NCBI GenBank assembly: GCA_004431415.1
Contig: QPMI01000519.1
Span: 124,001 to 188,000, forward strand
Source: Cyanophora paradoxa CCMP329
Lineage: Eukaryota > Plantae > Glaucophyta
Direction: 5' to 3'
DNA: 64,000 bases
Part shown: one piece after another, positions 49,201-61,196 of the stretch
Layout of the letters: every line of letters begins with the position of its first letter
Position numbering within the stretch: the first letter of the stretch is position 1
Notes under the pieces: generated by a model
Told to the model about the DNA's origin: nothing
The model's database searches: none
The model's input: the letters and a program-made list of their open reading frames with translations, nothing else
Translations under genes and position numbers: made by a program

Positions 49201-52200
49201 CGTACAAGGCTGTTTCCGAGGCGGGGCAGACCTCGGGCGGGCTCGTGCAGGCGTACCGCATCCTGGCGGCGCGCGAGATCGTGCAGCTGGAGAACCGGAT
49301 GCGGATCGTCCGCACCGACCGCCAGAGCATCGACGAGCTCGGCAACTTCGCAGCCGTATCCCGCTCCGCGGCGGTCGCCTTCGCGGAGCTCGCCGCAGGC
49401 CGGACGCGTCCCTCGGACGCGCAAGGCGGCGCCTCCGTGAACGCCGCCATGGATTACTTCCAGATCAAGCAGTTCGGCGTCGAGAACAGCGCCCTGGGGC
49501 GGTGCTGCGTCGTTCGGCGCTCGAACCGCAAGCTGCTGGCGTTGCTCGGCATCGGCCCCGACGAGGTGGGCGCCCTGCCAGACAACCCGCTCGACCGCAC
49601 CTGCGTTCTGGTGCCCGCCGACACGGCGTACACGGGACTGGCCCGCTGGGCCGCCGACGCGTACCTCGCCGCCGCCCACGTTTTCCGCGTAGCGCTGGAG
49701 GCCCTTCTCGAGCAGACGAAGCCAGCGCTCGCCGGCAGCGGCTTCCGCGAGGCGTGCCGCTGCAGCCGCTGCGTCGACGGCACCTGCGGCCTCGCCCCAG
49801 CGCTCTACGTTCAACGTTACAACGCGTTGCTGCGCCTCGTCACTCTGGGACAGGATGCAACCGGCGCGTCGGCGCTCATGCCGGTGCTACAGCCCGATCG
49901 CCAGAAGGGCCTGCAGGAGTTCTGCGAGGTCGGCCGCTTCCAGCGCGACCTCGCCGCCATGCTTCTCTCCTCCTGCCACCACAACCTCTCGTGCCCCGCC
50001 CTCCTCGCCCTGCCGCGCGACAAGACGCCAACCGCGAGACGGGTGACTTCTCTCTAGAGCCCGCCTGGATTCAATCTACCAAGGCCTGGCATCCTGACCC
50101 CGCCTCAGATCGTGGATCGCATTGCAGAGCGCGTGGTGGCGGACATGCGGTCGGCGGACTGGGAGAACCAGGCGGCCGTCTCCGAGGCGTGGCACCGGCT
50201 GCTTTTCCTCGGCCGCCCGGGCCTCGCGAGCGACCCGCTCACCAAGGCGGTGCCCCGCGCGATGGCGGATCTCGAGAAGAGGCTTGAGCAGGCGCGGCTC
50301 GCCTCCGGGACGGCTCCCGCCTCGGACGCCGCCTCGCCATCGCCGGCGCCGTCGCTGCCGGTGGAGGAGCTGCAGCGGAAGCTGCAGGCCACGCGCCAGT
50401 CCCTCGCCGGATCCTCCCAGTGGATGGAGGATCGCGAGCGCGGCCGCCTGCTGCCCCGCGTCCGGATGCTTCAGGCGAGAACGCCCTCGCTCTCATTCGG
50501 GATCGCAGCGACTGCATTCGCTCTAGATCTGACCATAGCGGTCGTGCAGGAGGCGCACGAGGCGATCCTCGGGGGCCACTTCGTCCTCTCAATGCGCACC
50601 CTGGCCATCTATTTCCAAATGACCGGGTGCGCTGCAGCTCTATGCCGTTCAATGTCAGCGTTTCGATATTGATATCCGACTACTTGCGTCGCGTTGCAGG
50701 CGCGAGTCGGAGGAGCGGCGGCGGCCGGCGCTCGCGTCGGTCGCATTCGAACTCGAGCGGGCGCTCGCAATGTCCCTGGCCCGCCTCCCGCCGGCCCGCC
50801 CCCCGCCCCCGGCGCCGCGCTGATTCTGCTCAGGTGGCCTTCCGGGGCGGCTTCGGCGGGGTGGCCCTCCCCTTCTCCCTGGTGCGCGGCCCTCCCCTAT
50901 CCTCTGCATGCACAGCCGCCTCACTCGTTCTGCAGGCCCGCGTCCTTGAAGCAGTCCCCTTCCCGGCGTGGAATGGCGTCATGACGTTCCAAGCCAACGC
51001 GCGCCTCGCCCGCTTGAACTCGCCGCCCCACGCCGGCGCGCGCGGCCCGGCGCTGACGCCGCGCTGCATGCAGGGCTACGGGCGCATGGCCGTCCAACTG
51101 GAGGACCTCCTGCAGCAGGTCGAGGAGCTCCTGAAGCGCGCCTCGCTCGGTGCCCCGGGCCCCGACCCCCGCACCCGCTGCCCCCTCAATCCACGTTCCT
51201 TCATTTCGCTGAGGGGCTGCGGCGGCAGCGCACGAGGCGCGGGGCGGCGGGGCGCGCTGCAGCGGCCCCTGGGACCGCGTGCTGCTGGTCGGCCTCTGCG
51301 CCGCCATCGCGTTCTACCGGCGGCCTCAGCGGGCCCAGGGCAGCGCCGGCGACGTCCGGGTGCGCATGCGCGCGCGCTCGCGCCTCTCTCGCCCCCTCCC
51401 CGCTTCGCGTGAGGCCGCGCACTGCAGCCGCCGAGCCTGCCGGTGTGTGTTCGCAACTTCGCTGTGCGGGTGCTGCAGGGGTACTCCAAGCACGCCTCGG
51501 TCGTCCTTCGTCCCCTGGTGCCACCCGGGGCTCGCGTGCCGAGTCGTGAGTCGCGCGCGTCTCTCTCTGACTCGCGGCGGGGCGCAGCTCGCCGATGCGA
51601 TGCGGAGTTCGAGCGTGGGCGACCTGGCTTTCCACCTGGCCAATCGCAGGCAGATAGGCGACGGTCCGCCTGGCGCCTCCACTGCCGTTGTCTCCGAACA
51701 GGCGCCTTCGATGCGAGCCTCTGACCCCGAGCAGGCTTGGCGGTGGTTCGCTTCGCGGGCCCAGCCGACTTTCACCTCGCGATCACGACGGCCGGCTCGC
51801 AGGTGGCCCGCCCTCGGCCCGCCCGTCACCGGAGCTTCCCTGACCGCATCGGGCAGGACTTCGCGGCTGACGCCATCCCGGCCCTCGCCTCCGTCGATCT
51901 TTCCAGCCCGGCATGGCGCGCCGGCGCGGGAGCCCCGCAGCAGCGCCCCTTCCAGCCCTCCGCGCGGCCGCCGCAGCAGGCGCCGCCGCTGCAGCTGCAA
52001 TCGAACTCACAGCTGCAGGCATCGGTGGCAGCCGCGGGCCAACCGCAGCAGATGCAGTCGGCCGCCAGCCCGCCGCTGCAGCTGACTGCGCTCGCGCGAC
52101 AGCAGCCGACCACGCAACCGCCGGTGCTGGTGCCAGCTGCGATCCAACCGCAGCAAGCGACCCCCAGCCTTCCGCCGCAACCGACTGTGTCTACGAAACA

Positions 52201-54324
52201 GCAGCCAGCCCCCGTCCAGCTGCCGCAGCCGGCGCAGCCGCCAGCGCAAGTGCAGCCGTGCGTGCCGAGCTCGAGTGTGCCAGCGCCGGCTCTAGATCCG
52301 GCGCAGACACAGGCCCAGCAGGCCGCTCAGATGCAAGCCTACCAGCTGCAGTACATCCAGGAGCAGGCGCAACTGGCTTACCAGCAGCAGATGCAACTCG
52401 TGTACCAGCAGCAGGCCCATTTTGCGTATCAGCAGCAGGCGCTGCAAGGGCAGCTCGCGTACCCCCAGATGCAGGCGTTGCAAGTGGGAATGGCGTATCC
52501 AGATGCGGTAATTCGAATTCATCCCGTCGCATTTTCTACTTCGTTGCTGAGGAGTCTCTCAGGCGCAGGCGTATGCCTACCAGGGAGACTACGGGGCTCA
52601 GTACGAGGAGGAGTACCTCATTACGTACGAGGACTACGCTCCGGTGCGGCCCGCGGCTGCAGGGCACTGCCCTGCGTATCTCGCTGCCCCGTCTGCAGGA
52701 AACGATCGCGATGCAGGAAACGGGGTCTGGCAACGTCGGCGCGTTCCCGATGGACTTCGGGGGCCCCGAGGGGTGCGGCGTTTCTGACCCCGCTGCGTCC
52801 TGCTGCGCGTTTTCTGATCCATGGCAACGCCCAGCGCCGCGTACGGGGGGGAATGGATGAACGCGGGGGCGGAGGCGGCGGCCCCGGAGGGCGAGCAGGA
52901 GGCGGAGGCGGAGGCGGAGGCGGGCGCCGCGGCTCAGGGGGCGCCCTCCCTCGCGGCCAAGGCCAGCCCGTCCCCACCAACCCCGAGCCTGCTTTGACGC
53001 CGCGCAGGTGGAAGAGGGCATCGCGACGCAGCCCGACACGTGCCGCGTGTGCCCCGGCGTCCCTGCAAACCAGCCGAACCACACCTCAGGCAGCAAGACG
53101 GTCCGCCCCTCGACCGGCACTCCCGCCCTAGAACTATTCGATCCCCGCTGAACTTTCCGTCTCGCCCGTCAGGGCCACTGGGACCTGTTCGGCCAGTCGC
53201 GCGCGTTCCTCGACCTGTGCTCCAAGGAGGGCGACGCGTTCCTCCAGGCGAGCGTTCCCCCGCGGCCCGCGGGCGCCGCGCCTCCCCTCTGAGCTCTCCG
53301 CGCCCGGCAGCGCGTGCGGGCCGTGCTGCAGCACGCGGGGCAGGGCATGATGGATGCTGCGGACCCTGGTGCTTCGCCTTGAACTTCTTCGCTGCTCTGG
53401 CCCTCCAGGATCCCAATCTCACGTGCTCGCAGGCAGGCAGCAGCTGATGGCGGACGTCTGCTCCCGCGCGACCGCCCTGGCCGAGCGCGTGGAGCAGATC
53501 GCGGCGGAGGCGGGCATGCAGCGCGCCTGGGCGGCCGGCGCCGAGCACCTGCGGGGCGCCTTCGCGGAGAACGGCAACAGCGCGTGGCTCCTGTGGGCGG
53601 AGAGGACCCTCGGCATCCAGTCGGTGAGCGCCGCCATGGATTCGAGATTGGAAGGGGATTCTGAGGCGCGACTCGCTCTGCGGTAGCCCGAGATGGAGGC
53701 GCCTGCAGGGGAGGCGGCGGCGGGAGAGCAGACAGTCGCGGCGGGCGGGGCGGGAGGGGCGTCGAGCGGTCCGGCGGGGGCGGCGGGCGCCGGCGAGGTC
53801 GATGCGGGGGCGGGGGCGGGCCTCTCGCAGCAGCAGCAGCAGCAGCAGCAGCAAGAGGAGGAGGAGGAGGCGCCTCGGGCTCCGGAGGCGCCAGCGCCGG
53901 CCGGCTCCCCCGCGGCGCGGCCGCCGCTGCTTCGGACCCTCCATGTGCGATGCTTGCCGCCCCTGCCGCCGGCCGCCTGCGCCCGACGCGAGGCCGGCCG
54001 CAGAGCGCCATCGCCGCGGACGGGCCGGACGCCTTCGACGAGGAAGCCGACGACCTCGCGCTCGCCGGTGCGCAGCGCTTCACCCTACATCCAGACCCCT
54101 TCTCGAGTCCAGGCCAATTTGACGCGGGCGGGGCCGTAGGCGGCGGGGGGCACGGGGACGACGAAGACGGCGTGGGCTGGGAGCAGGAGACGCGTCCCCG
54201 CCGGCGCCGCGATGCGCGCCCGCGCGGCGCCGGCGGGCGGGGCGGTGGCGCCGGTGGCGGAGGAGCCGGTGGGCGCGGGGGTCGCGGCGGGAGGGGCCGA
54301 GGCCGCGCGCCCCTCCGCCAATAG
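37291..54324 (+). CDS. TRANK1/LBA1-like protein: ankyrin repeats, RelE-like domain, UvrD/SF1 helicase, TPRs, WD40 propeller, Q/P-rich region, RGG tail; multi-exon
   Basis: Ankyrins (DGDTALRRAVAAGDLDFALFLLSLGADP; DGFTVLHIAAEKKDRELLKHVL). TRANK1-type WEID|LTK...IELYESYLPGGWRMLWE...IRLWAI and LEKFY. Helicase motifs: Walker A IGRSGT|GKT, VDEVQDFT, CGDTCQTIAR|GVGFRF, LTQNYRSH, LTVEQ|AKGLEF, ELKYLYTAITRAK. TPR YGVAAMCFKKAG. WD40 units at 47716-49020 (LASGGYDSHVRVW, LEGHQDIISSL, LISGSHDTTARVW). Linkage of the 3' exons to the stop at 54324 is less certain than the core. Confidence 0.85.
53828..53869 (+). repeat. Coding (CAG)8CAA(GAG)5 repeat, polyQ-polyE
   Basis: Read directly in a 3' exon of the TRANK1-like gene. 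Confidence 0.8.
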
Positions 54325-54836
54325 CTTTTCGAGTTTTTCCACTTCTCTTAAGCTTTCATGTCACAGTGTGCTCTGCGAGTCTTTTTATAATAACCCAGTG
54401 TGCGCTTTCCCGTCTTGTTGCCAAGTTGACAACTTGCGACGTGATTTTGAAGTAATGGCCGATTAAATATTCATAGATCAAGATCATCGGATGAGGAAAA
54501 CGGAGGGAGCGGGGGAAGGAGGGGAGGATGGAGGGAGGAAGGGGAGGGAGAGGCGAACGTTGAGATCGTTCAATTTAATGTTGAATCCCGGACAATCAAC
54601 ATTCGAATCTCTACACACCAGCACTAACACGTGTACAATGCCTTTATCATGATCATATATAACGGTGGCACTCTAGATCTCGCCCGCATTTGTGATAGTC
54701 TGCTGTATCTTTGATTTGTGATTTGTTATCCTTAATGTAACTTAGCTACCTACGGGGGGTTCGCCCCACCGTAGTCTCTCAAAAACAAATTTGATCTCGC
54801 CCGCAATGCACATCGATATCCGTATGCCTTCGAATA

Positions 54837-56531
54837 CTAGCAGACCGCGCCCGGCCCTGTGCAAGTGCGGCGGCAAGTGCGGGCCGCGCGCGGAGGTGCA
54901 AGGGGGGGTACTGGTACACATTGCAGGGTACTTGGGGGGAGGCGGGGGGCGCAGGGGAGGGGGGCGGAGGGGGCAGCTAGAGAGGCAAGGCGGGCGGCCG
55001 GCGAGGCGGGTAGGTGGGGTGGCGACGCGGGCGGCGGCACCAGGCGGGCGGGCAGGCGAGGGCGGCGGCGGGCGGGAAAGCGGGAGGGCGGGCGGCACCG
55101 GGCCCTGCGCGTAGCCTGCGCATTCGCAGATCCGAGGCGTCAGCTCGCCCCGGACAGCGGCCGTGCGGGGGCGAGGCCCAGCGGAGGCGGGCGGGTCAGT
55201 TGCGAAGCAGCAGCGGCGGGGCGAACCTGGAGTCGACGAAGCTGAAGCAGCCGACAGGGCGGCGGGCGGGGAAGCGGGCGGAGCGACAGGTGGCGCCGGG
55301 CCCTGCGCGTAGCCTGCGTGCGCAGGGCCGAGGCGTCAGCTCGCCCCGGACAGCGGCCGTGCGGGCGCAGGGCCCAGCGAGGTCGGCCGGGTGACGCGCG
55401 CGGCAGCAGCGGCGCCGGCGGGGCGAACCTGGAGTCGACGAAGCTGAAGCAGCGGGCGGGGCGACGGGCAGGGAGCAGATGCTGAAGCAGCGGGCGCGCG
55501 GAGCAGCTGGGAGCAGCGGGCAGGAAAGCAGCCCGGCGCGGCGTACTACGGTACTAGGAGCAGCTGCGCATACTGCGACGCCGCCACCCTCCGCAACCGT
55601 AGTACAGCTAGTACGGAGCGCCGGCCGCGGGTCAAGCCACGCATTCGGTCCGGCCGTCCGGATGGGATCTAGAAGATGCGCAAGACGAGTTGCTCAACGA
55701 CATGGCAAGATCTGCACCCGAGCGGCCTTGTCAAAGCCGTCGGCGAGCTCGAGTCTGCATGCCCAGCTCGGGATTGCCGGGAGGCGCGCGAGCTCACCTA
55801 GGCCTTCCATCTGGCAAGAACGTGGAATGTCTGAAACGATCGCAATCGCCGAGCTCGGTTCTGCGGGCGGCGGGCGCCGGTTACTCAGAACCATCGGCGC
55901 ACACTCGGCCAAGCGGCGCGCACCGGAACGCGACGTCGCGGGCGCCTTCTTCCTGCACTGACGAACGTGCTTGTACAGGTTGTCTTGCCGAGTGAAGTGC
56001 TTCCCGCAGCGAGTGCATTTGTCGCCCGGATGGCAGCCGCGCGGGTTGGAGCAAGGCTGCAAGCTCGGGCAAAGCTCAACTTCGCTTGCGAATACGTCTG
56101 TCGGCCGCGGACCCGGGCGAAGTGCCATGACGACGCAGGAGAACGAAGTACGGGTACGGCAACACGATCTCCTCCAACTCGCAGGAGCGCTTTTTTCCGG
56201 CGCCCGGTACAACAGGTACTTGAGGCGGTCTAGCGCCCGCACGCCGCTTCTCGGGCCCGGGCATGTATGACAGAGTTTGTAGAGCGCATTGAGAGCAATC
56301 AGAAGCACGTGGTCCGGCGCGTATAGCAATAGTAGGTGAGGAGCGAGCTCGACATGTTTGCGCAGCCACGCCCCTGCATTTTTTCCCGCCGCTCGCAGCG
56401 GCTACGATGCGATCACACCTATACGAGAGCGCATGCAAAGAATCACATCTTACAAAAATTGCTAACACAGAAAGTACGCCGCACCAACTCACCAGGGGAG
56501 CAAGGGAGGGGGTACCCCCCCTTGCAATTAA
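54837..56531 (-). mobile_element. Non-autonomous proto-Helentron/Helitron-like rolling-circle element, copy 1
   Basis: Minus-strand 3' end CTAG|T (54837-54840) is preceded by a GC hairpin (54846-54890). 15-bp subterminal inverted repeats tgcaagggggggtac (54897-54911) / gtacccccccttgca (56512-56526). 5' TT end; internal ~200-bp tandem subrepeat; zinc-finger fragment KCTRCGKHFTRQDNLYKHVRQC. Confidence 0.75.
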
Positions 56532-58301
56532 CTAGCAGACCGCGCCCGGCCCTGTGCAAGTGCGGCAAGTGCGGGCCGCGCGCGGAGGTGCAAGGGGGGG
56601 TACTGGTACACATTGCAGGGTACTTGGGGGGGAGGCGGGGGGCGCAGGGGAGGGGGGCGGAGGGGGCAGCTAGAGAGGCAAGGCGGGCGGCTGGGCGAGG
56701 CGGGCGGGGTGGCGAGGCGGGTAGGTGGGGTGGCGACGCGGGCGGCGGCACCAGGTGGGCGGGCAGGCGAGGGCGGTGGCGGGCGGAAAAGCGGCATCCG
56801 AGGAGAGAAAGGTGGCGCCGGGCCCTGCGCGTAGCCTGCGCATGCGCAGAACCGAGGCGTCAGCTCGCCCCGGACAGCGGCCGTGTGGGGCGGGGCCCAG
56901 CGGAGGCGGCCGGGTCAGGTGCTAAGCAGCAGCGGGGCGAACCAGCGGCGGGGCGAACCTGGAGTCGACGAAGCTGAAGCAGCCGGCGGGGCGGCGGGCG
57001 AGAAAGCGGGCGGAGCGACAGGTGGCGCCGAGCCCTGCGCATAGCCTGCGCAGAACCGAGGCGTCAGCTCGCCCCGGACAGCCGCGGCGCCGGCGCGGGG
57101 CCCAGTGAGGTCGGCCGGGTGACGCGCGCGGCGCCGGCAGCAGCGGCGCCGGCGGGGCGAACCTGGAGTCGACAAAGCTGAAACAGCGGGCGGGGCGACG
57201 GGCAGGCCTAGGAGCAGCTGCTGAAGCAGCGGGCGCGCGGAGCAGCTGGGAGCAGCGGGCAGGGAAGCAGCCCGGCGCGGCGTACTAGGAGCAGCTGCGA
57301 ATACTGCGACGCCGCCACCCTCCGCTACCGTAGTACAGCTAGTGCGGAGCGCCGGCCGCGGGTCAAGCCACGCATCCAGTCCGGCGCCCCGGCCGCGGGC
57401 CGAGGCGTGCGAGTGGTGATCCGCCCCGTGCTTGCGCTTGAAGGGCTTGACATCGCCGAGCTGAAGTCCGCCTGAACCGGAGTCCGGCAAGATCTGCACC
57501 CGACCGTACCGGCCTTGTCAGAGCCGTCGTCGAATGTGCACGCCCAGCTTGGGATTGCCGGGCGGCGCGCGAGATCACCTAGGCCTTCCATCTGGCAAGA
57601 GTGTGGCATGTTTGAAGAGATCGGAATCGCCGAGCTTGAATCTGCTGACGGCGGGCGCGGGGCACTCAGAACCATCGGCGCACACTCGTCCAAGCGGCGC
57701 GCACCGAAACGCGGCGTCGCGGGCGCCTTCTTCCTGCACTGGCGAACGTGCTTATACAGGTTGTCCTGCCGAGTGAAGTGCTTCCCGCAGCGAGTGCATT
57801 TGCCGCCCGGATGGCAGCCGAGCAAGGCTGCAAGCTCGAGCAAAGCTCAACTTCGCTTGCGACTACGTCTGTCGGCCGCGGACCCGGGCGAAGGGCCATG
57901 ACGACGCAGGAGAACGAAGTACGGGTACGGCAACACGATCTCCTCCAACTCTCAGGAGCGCTTTTTTTCGGCGCCCGGTACAACAGGTACTTGAGGCGGC
58001 CTAGCGCGCCGCACGCCGCTTCTCGAGCCCGGGCATGTATGACAAAGTTTGTAGAGCGCATCGAGAGCAATCAGGAGCACGTGGTCCGGCGCGTATAGCG
58101 ATAGCAGGTGAGGCGCGACTTCGACATGTTTGCGCAGCCCCGCCCTTGCATTTTTTTCGGCCTCTCGCAGCGGCTACGATGCGATCACACCTATACGAGA
58201 GCGCATGCAAAGAATCGCATCTTACAAAAATTGCTAACACAGAAAGTACGCCGCACCAACTCACCAGGGGAGCAAGGGAGGGGGTACCCCCCCTTGCAAT
58301 T
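56532..58301 (-). mobile_element. Proto-Helentron-like element, copy 2, head-to-tail with copy 1
   Basis: Colinear diverged duplicate of 54837-56531 with the same CTAG end, hairpin, subTIRs (right one 58284-58298) and zinc-finger fragment. The outer 5' end is ambiguous by a few bases. Confidence 0.75.
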
Positions 58302-58329
58302 TGACTCTGAGACGAGAACTACTACGTAT

Positions 58330-58490
58330 ACAGCTGAGACAAGAACTAGGACAAGGGCACTGCGGCAAGAAGGACAAAAGACGAAGAGCCATGGCCAGAA
58401 ATCGACGACGTCCGACGGTCGTCACAAAGCGAAGATATCGATCTAGACCGTCGGACGGAGACAGGAAGATACGGAGACAGAACTTGCAAG
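58330..58490 (-). mobile_element. Old diverged fragment of the 31091-type retroelement
   Basis: aagaactaggacaagggcac...gaagagcc...aaatcgac aligns by eye to aataactaagacaagagcac...aaagagccaaaatcgac (~31177-31228); same purine skew. Confidence 0.5.
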
Positions 58491-58648
58491 TTGGATGGAT
58501 GGAAGTCAACGTTGGTACCACCAAATGAAACTGAAATTTTATAGTATAATTAAGATGTACAGATCTTGAGCTCCTAGCCTAGTAGGCCTGCGTCTATATC
58601 GTACTTGCAAATTTACGTATACACTGCGACACCGATCACAAGCTGATC

Positions 58649-59725
58649 TCAAGTTTCGTGAGCTTGCTCAACGCCAATGCGCGGCCTCCGGTCCAGATCC
58701 TGGACACGTCGGCGCTTGTAGCGCTGCGAGAATGCGTAGCACGCGGGGTCCGACGTCCCTGCGAGCGATCGCGAATGTGAGCATGCGCACAAGGCCGGGG
58801 CCGCGGCCGGGGGGCTGTTTATATAATTAAGAAGTCCACGCCAGCAAAACATGTGTCGCACAGTATTGAGCCTTGGCGTCATGGCCGCTGTCCGCGTTGG
58901 CGCGGAGGGAAACCTCGAGGGCGGCCATAGGCACGAGGGAAGGAAAATTCAGAGGCGCCGCCTCGCGATCGCGGTCGACCTCCGCGCTTAAGCTTCGCTT
59001 GACGGAAATCAAAAGGGAGCACGGGTCCAGGTCAACCGAGCCCGCAGGTCGGCGCCTCGACGGGTTGGCAGATGATTCAAAGGGCGACGAGAAGCGCGGC
59101 AAATTCAGAATCCTCTTTGCAAGGCGAAGGTGGACGGGCAGCGGAAGGTCGGCGGTAGAGGCCGGCGCCAGCACGCGCAGCTGCGCATTGGCCCTTTGGA
59201 ACTTGCGCCGGCGCGCCGCGCCTGCACGGTGAGCGGTGCCCTGTCGCGAGCCCAACTATCAGCGCTCCGAGGCTCATGATCGATATCAGCGGCTAGCCCC
59301 GGGAAATTGTCTCGCATTTGCCAAATTAACAGCTGCAGTAGTTCGAATTTAAAACATCGCACATATGCATATGTACTGCAATTGATCGATGCATATGGGG
59401 GCGAGGCCGGCGCCGGCGCTTCGAGCTCGTCATGCATATGCGCCACATGCACAGCGATAGTTTTCAGCGCCGGGAGGGAAATTGCGCTGGCCATGTATAT
59501 GTGGTCGCGATCGCTGTGCATCGCTTGCAATTGCTGCAGCGATCGGCTGCACGAGAGCTCGGAGTCGCTGTGCATGTACGGCGCCGGCGCGGTGGGCGTC
59601 TCGCAGCGGCTGTGCATGTAGTCGCCGCTCGAGAACGACGAAATGCGAAGATTATCAGTCTGTTTGGCCGCTTCTGTAGCTATGAGCGCATGCGCCGCTC
59701 TGCGCGTCCGCTTGCCGCCGCGCAC
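58649..59725 (-). pseudogene. Possible decayed spliced gene of unknown function
   Basis: Protein-like segments (AISLPALKTIAVHV; LLIWQMRDNFPGLAADIDHE; DLPLPVHLRLAKRILNLPRF; DVGPRVLRILAALQ) with acceptor-like ctgcag/ctcgcag sites but frame breaks; no recognised domain. Confidence 0.3.
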
Positions 59726-60687
59726 TGCAGCAGTGCACTGCGACGTACTACGGTATGCCCGGGCCGGATCGCGCGCGGATATCGATACCGGGTATCGGAT
59801 CGTCGGATGCGGGACTCAGCAGCGGGAGCCCGCGCGCGGGCCGCCGGGCCCGCGCCGCCCCGCGGCCGCGGGCGCCGGCCGTGCCGCGGCGGCCGCGGCC
59901 CCGCGCCGGGCCGCGCGGCGCGCGCCGGCGCGCCGGCGCCTCGGCCGCGGAGACTCGGAGGAGGCTGGTACCTAGGAGACTCGGAGACTCGGGCCGTACT
60001 AATGGTAACCAATCGCGCTGATTGTTCAACTTTGAATGCGCATGCGCTGACTGTTCAACTTTCCTGATCATGATTGTTCAAGTTCAACGTCACCGGTCAG
60101 GTAACTGTAGAACTTTCAAACTTTGACTCAGTGAAAAAGGCTGGTCCCGCCGGCGGCGCCGCCGGGCCGGCGCCGGCCCGCCGGCCCGGCGGCCGCGGGG
60201 GTCGCGCCGGCGCCGGCGGCCCCGGGCCCCGGGGCCCGGGCCCGGGGCCCGGCGCCGGGCCGGCGGGGCCGCCGGCGCCGCCGGCCCGCCCGGGCCGCCG
60301 CGCCACTGCCGCGCCAGCGCCGCCAGCTGCAGCCTGGCAGCCAGTACAGACTGTACAGTGGCCGCGGGCCCGCATGCCTATAGGCTATAGCTACCGCCGC
60401 CTACCGGTAGGCCAGCGTGCAGCGCCGGCCCCGCGCGCGCGCGCGGCCGCCGGCCGGCGGCGCGGCGCCGGCGCCGCCGGCCCGCCGGCGCCGCCGGGCC
60501 GGCGGTCCGGACCGTCCGGTCAGTGTGACAGTGACTCGCCGACTCGACGCCGAGTCGACGTCGCGTCGGTCGCGATCGCGACTGTCGAATCAGTGTCGAT
60601 GTCGCGCGCGAGTCCGACGGTCGCGAGTCTCGCAGGCTGACCGACTCGGACCGTGTCGCACGGTGTCGGACGTCGGCAAATCACAAC

Positions 60688-61196
60688 TAGGGCTGTGGTC
60701 GCTGGTGGTCGCTTCGCTCGCGAGGTCCCAGCGGCCGCTACGCTCGGCGTTTTCCGCCAGCGACGCCTCCTCGCTCGGCGTTTTTTGTGGCCGACAGGCG
60801 CCAAAAAAAGCCCCACCCCGCTTTTTTCTCATCTGAAGGTCGACGTAGGTCGGCGTAGCCGATCAATCTTGCTAAATTCCGACTGTTTTCAAGCATCCAG
60901 GCGCCCGGTTTCGCCCAATTGCAAAAGCAGCCTGCAAGCCGCCTGCGGCTGGCATCAATCTCGCTGAAATCGACGCATGGCTCAGCGGCTCGCAAAACCA
61001 AGCATTAAACCTCAGTTTGGGGCTTAAGAGCTTGTACGAACAAACTTAGCGGAACAGATAGGTTTTCGATCGGTTTTCAGCATTTTTTCGTCAGGTTTTG
61101 GCGGTACCCCCAGCTGAGCGACGGGCCAGCGACGGGTGGCGCTCGCGGCGCTATAGCGGCCGCTGGGCCCGGCCCACCCCAGCGAGCACAGCTCTA
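60688..61196. mobile_element. Non-autonomous hAT MITE, family C (509 bp)
   Basis: TIR tagggctgtggtcgctgg / ccagcgagcacagctcta (16/18); perfect 8-bp TSD atcacaac at 60680-60687 and 61197-61204; inner 14-bp inverted repeat cccagcggccgcta (60727-60740 / 61154-61167). Confidence 0.88.

Noticed and set aside
55694-58070. Host C2H2 zinc-finger genes
   Set aside because: Single finger fragments inside repeated elements; the frames differ between the two copies and no coherent gene model emerges.
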